From: Eledone cirrhosa
Taxonomy: Eukaryota
DNA length: 64,000 nt
Direction of reading: 5' to 3'
Assembly: GCA_964016885.1 (NCBI GenBank)
Contig: OZ024740.1
Location: 220,534,001-220,598,000, forward strand
A program made the position numbers and the translations under genes. The first letter of the stretch is position 1. Each line of letters begins with the position of its first letter. Shown here piece after piece: positions 10,512 through 62,095 of the stretch. The notes beneath the pieces were generated by a model. That model saw only the letters and a program-made list of their open reading frames with translations. It did no database searches and was not told the origin of the DNA.

Positions 10512-10775
10512 TGTGGGTATGGTGTGGCGTGCGGTGGCCGGAGAGTGCTCGACCGGAAGGGTGTGTGGCGTGCGGTGGCCGGAGGCAGGGGAGCGCTCGA
10601 CCGGAAGGGCCAGCAGAGGGCCTCTCTCTAGTGGTGACCAGCACACGGTGTGGACGCGAGTTTTGGGCAGCTCCCGGTGTTAAGCAGTTGGACGCACGTG
10701 GAAGAGGAGTAACCTGCAGTGGACTTTAGCGGCGCCTGTGAAAAGCGGTAAGTGAGATAGCTTTTTCTAACCACA
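10512..10775 (+). repeat. 3' LTR (264 bp), preceded by PPT-like AGATCAGGGGGGCG
   Basis: TGTGGG...CCACA. Confidence 0.95.
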
Positions 10776-13700
10776 AAAAATGTGATTATAAAACTTAAAT
10801 TTATTACTTGTTTTCTACATTGATAACCATGACTTGTTTTCTAATTTGGCCCTTTTAAGGGCCACCTATATTTTCATTTAAGTAACTCCACTTACATCGA
10901 TATGCTTTATTAAAATAACACGTGGTAATACGGAAATAAACGATGTTTACGATTGAGAAGGTTGACGAATGACGTCACTTTCGCCTACTTTCACTTCTGA
11001 CAGCTAATAGCATGACAGTGCCGATCAAGGAACTATCATATCGTCATCATCTTATTGAACTTATTCACTTACCCGCACACATGCAACTTCTGGTCACACT
11101 GTATCACATATTAGAATGTCTCAGGAAAGAATTGCTGGATAGATTTTATGGGCAAAACTAACCAGTAGGATGCCCATAGCAAGATTGTTGGATAACATCC
11201 ATGAGCTTGGCTGGTCATGCTTGGGGATCCAGCCAGATCAATTGGAGACGGTTGCTTCTGACAGGACCCACTGGAAGGAGTGTTTGAGGACTCTGCTCCC
11301 ACGACCCTCTCTGGAATAAGTGGGTGAAGAAGATAATACACATCTTATAAGAATTAATTTTAGCTATCATACTATTTTGTTAGTAATTAAATAGAGTTGT
11401 ATTTCTGGAAATAAAGATTTGTCTAGCAGGCATATAGTTAACATGAACATTATATGAGCATGGGGTATTAGCAGTATTTTCTGGATTTCAAGAGTACATA
11501 GCATTATCTGGATGTGGTTTATTATAGAGAATCCTGGCCTGCAGTTTAATGGACATAGCATTAAGGGTGGAAACATTACACATACTTTGATTTACAATCT
11601 CTGTCAACCACAGGACTCTTTAGCTATTTCAAAGACATGACAACCTTCCTAGTGTTTGTGCCATGATAAAATGCACTTGGTAGAGCATGAAAACATATGT
11701 GAGATGTGGGTCTTCGGTCTGTCCAAGCATTCAGCAGAATGTGGGAATGTGAGTGAAATGTAGCCCCTTCTGAGAGGTCAGTAACTCCACTTGAATACTG
11801 ACAGTCTGTGACATGTCCAACTCTTGCTAGCTGGGAAAATAGATCGTAAATGATGATGATGATGCATGGCTTTTTTTTTTTAGTTTCTGCCTGCCAAATT
11901 CACTCATAAGGTCAACCCGAGCCTAGAGTAGAAGACACTTTCCCACGGTACTGTGCAGTGGGATGAAGTCTCAAGCAAAGCAAACTACTTAACCACACAG
12001 CCATGCCAAAACTAACACGAGATGAATCTTTTTTTCACCTACTTATTCCAGGGAGGGTTATGGGGAAAAAGTCCTCAAGCATGCTTTCCAGCAGGTCCTG
12101 TCAGAAGCAACCATCTCCAATTGGTTTGCCTGAATGTTATCAAACTATCTTGCTCAGGGTCTACCCCTGGTTGATTTTGCCTGTAGAATCTGTCCAACAA
12201 TTCTTTCCTGTGATATTCTAACTACATGTCCGTAATATCAGAGATGTGACCTCTTAATTTGGAGAAGTAACAGCTCTACCTGGAGCGACTTTCTGATCTC
12301 TGAGCTACAAACTGTATCAAGTAATATTACTCGAAGGACCCTTCAAAGAAACCCCATTTCAGTTGCTTATATTCGCGATCATATTCTTTCAGTCATTACC
12401 TAAGATTCATGATCAGAGGTAAGGGTTGGCACGAATACTGAAGATAGCGAGTTTGGCTTTTATACCTACCTCTCTTCTGATGATTGTTTGCCGAAGTTGG
12501 TATATCACTGCACTTATACTTAATTCAGTCTCTTACTTTCCATCATTTGTGAACATGGCTCCGATATACTTGACCATAAGTATTGGTATATATATATATA
12601 TATATACTTTTTTTTTTACATGAAACGAATAAATAAAATATTTACCAAGGTTTATGTTTATATTAAAAAGTTACTCTTAACTTATAATTCATCAAATGGA
12701 TTACAATTTATAGTTTTACTTGGGGAGGGTCATATTGTTGTAATATGTAATAAACTGCTTTCGCTCCTTTGACCACTAGGCCAAAACTATCTGTTTCTAT
12801 GGAACAAAACCACCCATTTTAAAGGGTTACTATTTAAATTAAAACCTTCCAACTCAATTTAAAAAAAATAACTTTTTGATAAGTTATGTTACAAATATCA
12901 CCTTAAAAATGAAATAATCAATGATTTTAGTAAACTCTTCTAAATTTTTTATTTGAAATATGGTAAACAAAAGGGTTAATATAAAAATAAATTATTTTTG
13001 GCAGCTTTAAATTCATTACCATATATGCCAATGGATAACATGACCATATAACCATAAAAATGGGGTTGATTTTCTACTCCAGGTATAAGATTTAGACCTT
13101 AAATTCTGGGATGTATGGCAAGTTGTTAGCATGGGTGATGGTTGATCGATAACTTCTGCCTTGGTAATAACCAATATCATATATTATACAGTATTTTTAT
13201 TATATATAATTTCTTGACAACTGCCATCTATTTATAAATTGATTCAATTTTAAAACAAATTTGTAAAAAATTATTTTTATTTAACATGAACATTTTGAAT
13301 GTTGACAATTTGTCTGTCAGCATTTAACTTGACTGGCATTTGTCAGTACATGGCTATAGTTATCTTGGTTTACATTAATTTTAACAATATTCTTTCATTT
13401 TATTGATATTAAAAAAACTTACTTTAAAAAGTTAATATTCATTGGTATCATCATTTTTATGTGTTTTTTAATGCTGACATTGGTAGTTTTTCTATACCCC
13501 AAAGCACTTCCTGAGGTCAATCGACACTACTTTATTTTTAGGCATGGCTTATCTTCAAACTGGTTAACTGCAGAATGTATTATGTAGGACATAAACAAAC
13601 TTTGCCACTTGTTTTAAACAAGTTAAAATAAAGGCACATGGAAACAGGCATATACACACATACAAGGTATTTTGTTTCCATCTATAGGAGTATTTTACTT

Positions 13701-13985
13701 GAGCTATTATTTATAACAATTGACTGTTATTTACTATGTTTGGAATACCCAAATTTCAAATCACCTAAAGCTTCCATAATTAATGAGATTATATATATAA
13801 ACACCGCTTCTCAGTTTCTGTCTAGCAAATTCAATCACAGGACATTGGTCAGTTGAAGGTTAAAGAAGACACTTGCCCAAGGTGTCTGAACCCCAAACTA
13901 CAAGGTTGTGAAGCAAAACTATAACTGCACCTAAGTTTCCAGATAAAGATAAATAGATAACACTAACATTGAAAAAGAATATCTT

Positions 13986-13991
13986 TTTATT
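13986..13991 (-). terminator. Candidate polyadenylation signal AATAAA for NHE8
   Basis: AATAAA about 240 nt downstream of the stop codon; common by chance in AT-rich DNA. Confidence 0.4.
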
Positions 13992-14227
13992 AGAATTAAA
14001 TTTCAAATATTTATAATCAATTTCCAATAATAATTATAAAAAATGTCAACGACCCCAAAAAGAAAAGTTTAGTTCCAAATTACAAAACGAATACCAGCAT
14101 GTGAAACATTTTGTAAAATATTAATAAATTAGTTCATGTTAATAGATAAAAATTTAATCAGATGTTTTGTTATATCACAGTGATTCTACTTTCAAAAAAG
14201 TATTATGAATTCCATAGATCAACTTGT

Positions 14228-53902
<39,675 letters not shown>

Positions 53903-53943
53903 TATCTGTTCACCAACACTATCGATAAACCATTGGCTTCTAG

Positions 53944-53951
53944 TGACGTCA
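53944..53951. promoter_or_regulatory. Full CRE palindrome TGACGTCA, with CCAAT at 53932-53936 on the minus strand
   Basis: Perfect CREB/ATF site about 40 nt upstream of the putative NHE8 ATG, in a TE-poor region. Confidence 0.5.
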
Positions 53952-56224
53952 TGCTACTAAATCCAGAACGAGGCTATATGTTTTAGTGGCCATATTGTTT
54001 CTTTAGTCGTCATTTTATAAGTTCTTAAATCATATTATATGTTGAAAAATCTCAATAATTTTCACGAAAAATACGACACGGAATTGCAGTATCTTATTTA
54101 AGATAATAGTAAGTAGTCTCTGCTATTATAAATCGTATATTTGATATTAATTTGATTGGTTTAATAATGAAAAAAACAAGAAGAAGCGTTTCATCGGGTT
54201 TTTGGTAATTTTTGTTTCCGTTTTAGTGTAATAATATGTCAGTGAAATTTAGTATATTTCTATCTCCTACATTTATTTATTTTTCGGAAACAGAATCGAT
54301 TTTTATTTAAATTTGTAGAAATAAAAAAAAATATCTTAGAATAGCAATTTTCGTACAATTAATAAAATAATTATAGTTATTCAAGAAAGTGTGGTTTTGG
54401 AGGAAACTCGTCTTGATAGCCATTAAAACAAACACACGCACATATATCTGTCTAATGTCTATGATATTTTTATTTTGTGATAGTGATAATATATAATGCT
54501 ATTATTATAAAATAAAACAGTGTGTGTATACTAGTTATTAATGACGGTATATACACGTAAAAAAAAAATTTCAAACTAGCCATTGCCGCCTACTGCTTCG
54601 CTATTAATATAAATTGTCCCCTTTTAAAAAGCGATTTATTATGTTACTTCGTTTTCAAACTACAACAGAATTTTTAGATCTAACCTATTTATGTTGACTG
54701 AATTTCCATTAACGTTTTTGAATAGGAAAGTGGGATTTTAATTTCAAAATGTATACATTGATTAATTCCAATGCTTGTGGTTGGGTTAGCCCTTTATGAT
54801 TAGGGTGTGATGAGATGCAAATTGATTTGCTGTTTCTTGCAGGTCGAATCCATGACCAAAGGCGTTGCAGTCATGACGGTCTCAGCGTTTTTATATATCC
54901 GAGATATATACAAGATGGGAGGTATGATTCGAGAGAGGTCTTGCTACTATTTCTCACGTAAAAGCTTATGTGGTTTCTAGGCAACGTGTTGGAAATCGCA
55001 GACAATCCTTCAAATCACATTCTACTACCTTAAAAAAGAAAAGCTGGGATACATTCTGCAACGTGCTTAACATAAAAATATAGAATGGTCATAGCTGGAA
55101 TGCCTTTTGTAATAGATCTGGTGGATCAGAATTGACCTGTAGCTAAACAAAACTATGTCGCTTAACCGGCTAGAAACAACAGCCAAATCTTCATCAAATA
55201 ACATCCTACCTCATTGGATAATGTGGACATGTTGGATAATGTAGTGCAGGTTCCCCTGCACGTGAGGAGTAAATGAGATGTTCATGGCTGGAATGCTTTT
55301 GACTATGGGTCTACTCGATCGAGACTAACGATTAGAAGTTGCTATATCTCCCATACATTGCCCCTTATTTCCCTAAAAATAAGATTCGAAATACGAAATA
55401 AACTTAATATATAAATGGGATGGTCACGACATGAATACCTTTTTTTTTAAAAATCCGGGTCGTCGCTGACCTTAATTGAGTATCCAACAACGCTATTTGC
55501 CATTTACTCATTTAACTAGTTTTTGTTTCTTTAACCACGAATGAAGCTGGTTTTTCACAAATTCCGAATTATTAAAAAAAAAAAAAAAAATTAATTATAG
55601 GCTATCATTGAGAGCATATCTCTTTTAAAGAAAATAAAAATATCGGGTTTATTACGATTTTTGCAGGTTAGAGTTCTCGTCGACTTAGTAAAGCATGCGA
55701 CATGAATAGGAGTATTTTCATTTTCTTCAAGTAATACTGTATTTAGTTTAATAACTTCATTTAAGATGCAACCAATGTTTTTGGATAGTATAGTTTCAAT
55801 ATATTTTTACTAATTGGTTTGCTTTCCATAAAAAATTATTTTTCGTTCAACTTCTTCATTGACCTATTTTTATATGGCTCGTAGTTCATTCGTTTTTTAT
55901 AAGTTTACATGGTGATTTTTGCCGCCATATCCCATGTTTCCGCCCCCTTTTCCACCACCTTTCTACCCCCCCCCCCCACGGGGGGGGGGGGGGCATCTAC
56001 TATCTTCCAATGTACCTCTTTCTTTAAGCCCTTGAGACGGCACACGGTTGACGCTGACTCTGAAAGCTGCAGAAAGTGTCACGTCTAGGAGAGCAATGTC
56101 ACCAAATAAATAAGATACCCCAGTGGGTAGACGTGGGATCCGTAAGCAGCAGAGAAACTTATATTTAGCTTTTTTGATCAAGAGAAGACTTTTGACAGCG
56201 TACCTTGTTCTGTCATCTTAAGAA

Positions 56225-56590
56225 AACTAGGCATAGAAGAATGGTTTGTAAGAGCAGTGCAAGCCATGTACAAAGGAGATGATAGTAAGGTAAGAGTAGG
56301 TAACGAATTTAGTGAAGAATTCAAAGTGTTGGATATAAGAGGAATCGGGTGTAGTTTGCAGGAAAGAGGATTGCACTGGTATGGGCATGTGATGCAGAAG
56401 TGCTAAGAAATTCCAGTGGAAGGAAGATACAGGGAGTCCAAGGAAGACCTGAGCAGAGATTGTGAGAGCAGATTTCAAATCACTAAATCTCACAGCCTGG
56501 ATGATGAAAGATTGTGACAAGTGGAGAGATGCTGTGCTGGACGGAACCTGTCCAACCCATGCAGGCATGAGAAAATAGATGTAAAACAAT
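56225..56590 (+). mobile_element. Degenerate, deleted RTE fragment
   Basis: LRKLGIEEWFVRAVQAMY remnant joined to an LHWYGHVM 3' end. Confidence 0.75.
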
Positions 56591-57689
56591 TGGAATAGTG
56601 TATAACTGAATATACAGTATTTTCTTAAATAAAAAGGTGGTGGATCAGCGATGGTGTTAGTGTCAAATGAAATGTCTTCCAGTTGTCATGGTCTGAGATA
56701 GGACATGGTTGGATAACTAGTCTTTTAGTATAGTTTCTTAGGTGGGATGTCCTTCCTAAAAACAACCACTTTACAGTGTACTGGGTGCATTTTATTGTGA
56801 CACCAGCAACACCAATCAGAAAGAAGGGCTTGTAAAGTACTAACTTTGTTGTTGTCTTTTACATAAGAATAAGACTATCTGCCGACCAAGCATGCAGCCC
56901 CATCCTGAATGGCAGAGGCTGTGTCTCATTGATGCTCATTCTCTTGAGGAACTGCTTCGCCTTCCCGAAATTCTTGTTCACGTGCGGTGCACCTAGTCAC
57001 CCCCAAGCAGATCATCTCGGTGAACTTCACGCCACCATCCGACGCTGTGCAGAACTCGTCTGCAATGTCGGGCAAAGCTCCCAGCGAGGTTCGGTGGTTG
57101 GTGTTAACAAGGGCATCCAGCTATTCAAACATGCCAAAAATTGATGTTGTTTTCCAAGAGAGTAGTGACTCTAAATAAGAACTAATTTATAACCTAACTC
57201 ATCCAACTAATGCTAGCATGGAAAGAGGATGTAATACAATGTTAATGATGGCTAATAATAATGGTTTTGTAATAAATAAATTACATTAAAATATTTTGAA
57301 ATAGAACTGACTATAGAAAACATAGTGAATGTGGATGTTTGTTTTATTAAATATCTTTAATCCCTTCAGTGCTGTCGATGAGATAACTTGTCCTAACATG
57401 TTTGAACTCCTTTCCAACATTTCATAACTTCAAAGTTATGACCTCTTTTCCAACAGTTCATAACTTCAAAGCTAGATGGGGTTACTAGTGTATTGATGTA
57501 ACATTTGTCAATCAAAATATTCAGTTTACGGAGAAGTCCCCACCCTCCGGCCAAGTAGCTGTAGCCGCGTAAAATATACGCGGCAGTCAACAGGTTTAAG
57601 TTGTCAAAGTGAATGTGTTTAAACTGTTGCAGTTACATTGAGAGTAATAAATGTGTGTGTTGGACCTCTGTCGGTGAAATGTTCGGTAT

Positions 57690-57942
57690 GAATAAATAAA
57701 GAGGGAGACACGCTGGAACAGCCACTCCATGTCGCAGAGTTTGCACCTGCAAGCAGCCAACTCCGCTCTGATAGCAGTGAATAGGGATGTGGCCAGAGAC
57801 CAAGAATACTGGAAGTCTCCACTACTTCACGCTTTACCGCACACCTATCAGAGAGCGGCTGATACTTGGACAGTTTGCCTTCTTTGGCCTGGCAGGCAGC
57901 AGAGACTATGCTGGTACCCGAATGTACCAGGTTGCCACTAGA
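57690..57942 (-). mobile_element. Second, shorter CRE-like 3' fragment
   Basis: Aligns by eye with 50095-50330 (GAAGTCTCCACT...TCAGAGAGC...GATACTTGGA.AGTTTG...ACCAGGTTGC). Confidence 0.7.
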
Positions 57943-59721
57943 GTGTTTGAGAGTTATTTTTTGGCTTTCAAAAACACAAAAGCTGTTAAATTCACTTTAC
58001 ATACATTTAGCATTTACTTCTTGGTGACAAAATCTTTCATTGCATAGGAAATTTAATAGTTTTTTGAGTGGTGAAAATGACTAGGAATAATAATGTATGC
58101 TGGGCTAATATGTCCCTTTTTAAGACAGTAGTGTAGTAAGAGGTCTTGCATCCATGTTGAGGCTTCCTCATTGACCCTTAAGCAGTTGGGAAAATGAATA
58201 GGTGTGAGTAACCAGCAATGTAGCCAACCCGAAGTAATCATTTAATTTGTAGGAGATACAGAAGAAAATCTAGGTGCTGCCCTTGAAATCAGAAAAAGAT
58301 TGGCAGAAAATTTAGAAGACTTAAGATTATAACCATCAATGAAACTGATCTTTAGTGATATGTATCCTTGCATAGATTTTAAATTAATGTCTGTGATGTC
58401 TCTGGTTGTTTAGATGTGAATAACTGGTTTGATACTAAACCACCTGAAACAGTCCCTGTTTCTATGATGCAAAACTGTTTGCTTTAATGTGTTTATATTT
58501 ATCTAAAAACTCTCTATCATCATTTTATATAAGAACCTTTGTTATGTTCCAAAGACTAACTTAAATAGAAAGCTAAATCCTTTTAGATTCTTCATTATTT
58601 GAAAATCATAGAAATATGAAAGTGTTAAACATAGTGGCCAGGTTTCTTGGTGGTTGATATAAGCTGTATTTGGTAATGTTTCAGGAAGCAGGCTACAGGC
58701 TTTGTAACATTTTCTGAAATTTGGTCTTTTTAGTTCTAGGGGCCATTTATGGAATGACAGTTAAGTATATTATTCTTGATTTTTCTCTCTGGAGCTAAAA
58801 TGATTGCATTTTAGAAAATGTTCTACTAAGCTATCCAAAGAAGTCTGAAGAGTATGGAACAACTAAAATGTTGGGAATATAACAACCAAAGTGAGGATAC
58901 CAGTCCAAATAATTAACAAGTTAATGTTAAATATTTTGTAATACAGTGGAATCTTGGTTCACGAATGCTTCACATAAACAATTTTTCAGCACAGAAAACG
59001 TCTCAGTTCACTAATGGTGTTTCAAATAACAAACACGCATGCCAGCAACAATTGTTTCTACGTTAGGCACAAGGCCAGCAATTACCCAGTGTATTACTTG
59101 TACTTTATTTTATCGACCCCGTAAGGATGAAAGGTAAAGTTAACCTCGGCGGGATTTGAACTCAGACTGGCAAGGGCCGTAACTCTATGCGTCAAAGCAA
59201 TGCCAGCATCAATGGTTGCCAACAAGCTTGGAGTATCAGCAGGAAAGCGTCACTTGTTGTGTAGTTAGTTACTATGGTGATATCTGTCTTTCTCAGCATT
59301 TTGTATGGGGAAAAATAGTTTTGGTTTATGAACAGCCTTCAGGAACGATTTAAGTTTGTGAACTCACAGAAATAAAATTATAAAATATTCTAACAAGTGT
59401 TTATAAATTGTGCTGTTATTTACCTAATCCGATTTCAATTGTTTTATTATGTTAATGACTGAATGTAATTAATTTAGGGAGTTGTCTATTATGCACACCC
59501 TTTCCTTGAATACAAATTTAATTAGATAATTCTATCATATGCATGGCTAATATTTTTGAAGAAGAGGAGCAGTTTTTCTATGCTTTTGGGAATGCTTTGT
59601 TTGACAGATCCCATCATCTATTTTAAAGTTGGATACACAAACTTCCATTCTCTCTGATGAAATAAAGTAATAATAACAAAATTTTATTTTATTTTTCCAG
59701 TAATTTCACAACTTCATAAAG

Positions 59722-59893
59722 ATGTATAAGGCAAAAAGAGGATTGTTAACCCCCAAAATGTTTGGTGGACAACATGAGGGTTACCCCAAAAAGTCTGGAC
59801 AAATAAGAATGCATGATACCAATGTAAAAAACTCAAGGAAGCTTCTACAAAATTCAGATGATATATTGAGAGATATCATTAAAGAAGCTAAAG
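59722..59893 (+). CDS. Candidate first coding exon of an unidentified divergent gene (57 aa, MYKAKRGLLTPKMFGG...DIIKEAK)
   Basis: Strong acceptor ttttattttatttttccag|59701, an in-frame TAA before aagATG, an open frame to AAG|gtatgt, and non-repetitive sequence. Confidence 0.6.
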
Positions 59894-59990
59894 GTATGTA
59901 AGTTTGTTTCATTCTAATGTAGATGTCTTTTTAATTTAATTTTTAATTTTAATTTTATTAAACCTTTTAGAACTTGTGTGAATATGTATT

Positions 59991-62092
59991 TCATCATCAT
60001 CGCCATTTTTCCATACTTGCATATATTTGACAGGTCTTCTCTAGAATAACTTCTTTCCACTTCTGTTCCTTTGCTATTTCTTTTGTGAGGTTCACTGATT
60101 TGAATTCAACTCTCAGCACTTCAGTTCAAGTTTTCCTTGGTCTTCCTCTTCCATAGCTTCCTTCTACTGAGAGTGCTTGGCATTTCACCTAACAATCATC
60201 ATCCATACATATCACGTGTTCATACTAGATCAATCTGCTCTTCTGCTTGCAATATCTGATTCCTCTTATACCTAGCTTTTCTCTTAGTTTCTGCATGCTT
60301 GATTCATTCTTGCACAGTCATTGCATATGCTCTGCATTTACTGCCCATGTCTCACTACCATGCAGAATTGCATTCTCACGCAGCTATTGTATAACCTGCC
60401 TTTTGCTGGAAGAGAAAATCTCTTGTTGTCAACACTGGCAATAGCTCCCTGAACTTTTTCTATTCTGACTTCCGCAACTGCTAATTAGGACATTCAGGTA
60501 ACAAAAGCTATCAGCTACTTCTATGCAACTATTCCTATGTACCTACCACATACAGACAACTTTTTCTGTTAGCCTACCTGCTATCCCACTACAGCTTGTA
60601 TACCCATATTTTACATTGTGTACATTCTGTAGAGTCCTTACCTGCTCCTTTTCTACATATCGAGCACAGCCACTTCCCTGATGGCCTCAGATTCTTGACT
60701 TCTTTCCTACTTACTAAAGCTTCTCTTAGCCCTTTTGATTATAAGTTCTGTTTCCACAATGAGAATTTCTTCTCTAGTTGTTTCACAGATGCAGCTATAA
60801 AAACCAGGTTGTCAGCATTTAGAAGTTCCTATGAACAGCTTATCTTAAACTCTTTTGTTATAGCCTTGAGAACTATAATAAATAGAAGTGGACTGACAGA
60901 GCCCTGATGACTAAACTCATTACCTACTCCCACTTTACTAACAACATCTTTGTACATGGCTTGAACTTCTCTTTCAAGCCATTCATCTTAGTTTTCTTAA
61001 GGACTAGCAGATAACAGATTGTGGTCCTCTATGAAAGGTATTTTCTAGATCTACTGAAGCTAGGTATTGCAGCCTACACTTAGCAGTTGTTGCACTATGA
61101 ATAAGATATGTGGTGCGCAAAACCAAATTGCATCTCATCAAATTTAACCTTTTCCTTAATTAAATGTGAACACTATTTTTGTCATTTTTGTATTACCTGC
61201 GAGGATTAGTTCAACTCCTACTTCACTAGATGATTTCATCAACTATCTCTGACGGTCCAGCAACTTTCCATTTTTCATCTGCCTCATTGCAATGTGTGAA
61301 CGTAGATGTATTGAGAGAGAAACTGTCTGAGAGGGATAGAATGCAGTGTGCGAGAGAGGAGACGGCGGTGGTATGGACATGTGATGCGCATGGAGGATGA
61401 CCGATGGGTGAAGAAGTGCCAGGAAATGCCAGTTGAAGGAAGATGTGGTAGAGGTAGACCATGAAAAACATGGGTGGAGGTGGTGAGAACAGACCTCAGA
61501 TCGCTGAAGCTCACGGTGGAGATGACGAAGGACCGGGACAAGTGGAGAGATGCTGTGCTGAATAAGGCCCGTCCCACCCTTGCAAGCAGGGGAAAGCGGA
61601 CATAAAATGTTGATGATGATGATCCTTCTTTGACCCTATAACTGTCAACTGGGGGTAGTCCCTCTTCCACCTCCCTATTCTCTACAGTCATCAGTCACTC
61701 ATAATAACATTTTCAAGCTTCTTTCTCCTGAGAGTCAGTGAAACTAAGTGTACCAATGTCGTTTCAAACACATTTTTCCCCAACTACCCGATTCACACTG
61801 ACATGTTGCTTTGCCTCTGATTTTCACTTCATAGGACATTAGCAAACCTTGCTTTCAGCTTCTCTACATGCTATGTAAACCTGCCATCTGATCTCTCTTT
61901 TAACTACTTGATATTGTTCTTTGCTGCCCCTATCTTTTCAGTTTTTCCATGCCTGTCTCTTAGCTTTAATGACCCTGTCTATAGTGCTGTACCACCTCCA
62001 GTTTTCATGGCTGGCTGGCACCTTGTTCCAGCTACTTTGCTTGACCATAGCCTGCTGCAGATAGTCACATAGAAGTTTCCAGTTGCCCTTTC
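59991..62092 (-). mobile_element. Old degenerate RTE LINE with a nested plus-strand RTE 3' fragment (about 61288-61623)
   Basis: HQGSVSPLLFIIVLKAITKEF, GKWLCSICRKG and GRPRKT remnants; the inner fragment has WYGHVMRMEDDRWVKKC and a (GAT)n tail. Confidence 0.8.
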
Positions 62093-62095
62093 TGC

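Larger units (their letters stand above)
6607..10775 (+). mobile_element. Compact Gypsy-like LTR retrotransposon (4169 bp) nested in the Merlin
   Basis: TG...CA LTRs, gag-PR-RT-RH-IN domain order, purine tract before the 3' LTR, and insertion into an A-run (TSD A4-A5). Confidence 0.96.
4938..11022 (+). mobile_element. Merlin superfamily (IS1016/IS1595/ISXO2-like) DNA transposon, about 1.9 kb without the nested LTR element
   Basis: 8-bp TSD GATCAAGG (4930-4937, 11023-11030). GG-starting TIRs at 4938-5092 and 10848-11022, with a 21-bp indel between them. Contains a DDE transposase. Confidence 0.95.
4292..11098. mobile_element. Possible solo-LTR-like host element (4292-4937 plus 11023-11098) split by the Merlin insertion
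   Basis: Starts TGTTAC, ends GTCACA, differs in composition from its flanks and contains AATAAA; no clean TSD found. Confidence 0.3.
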
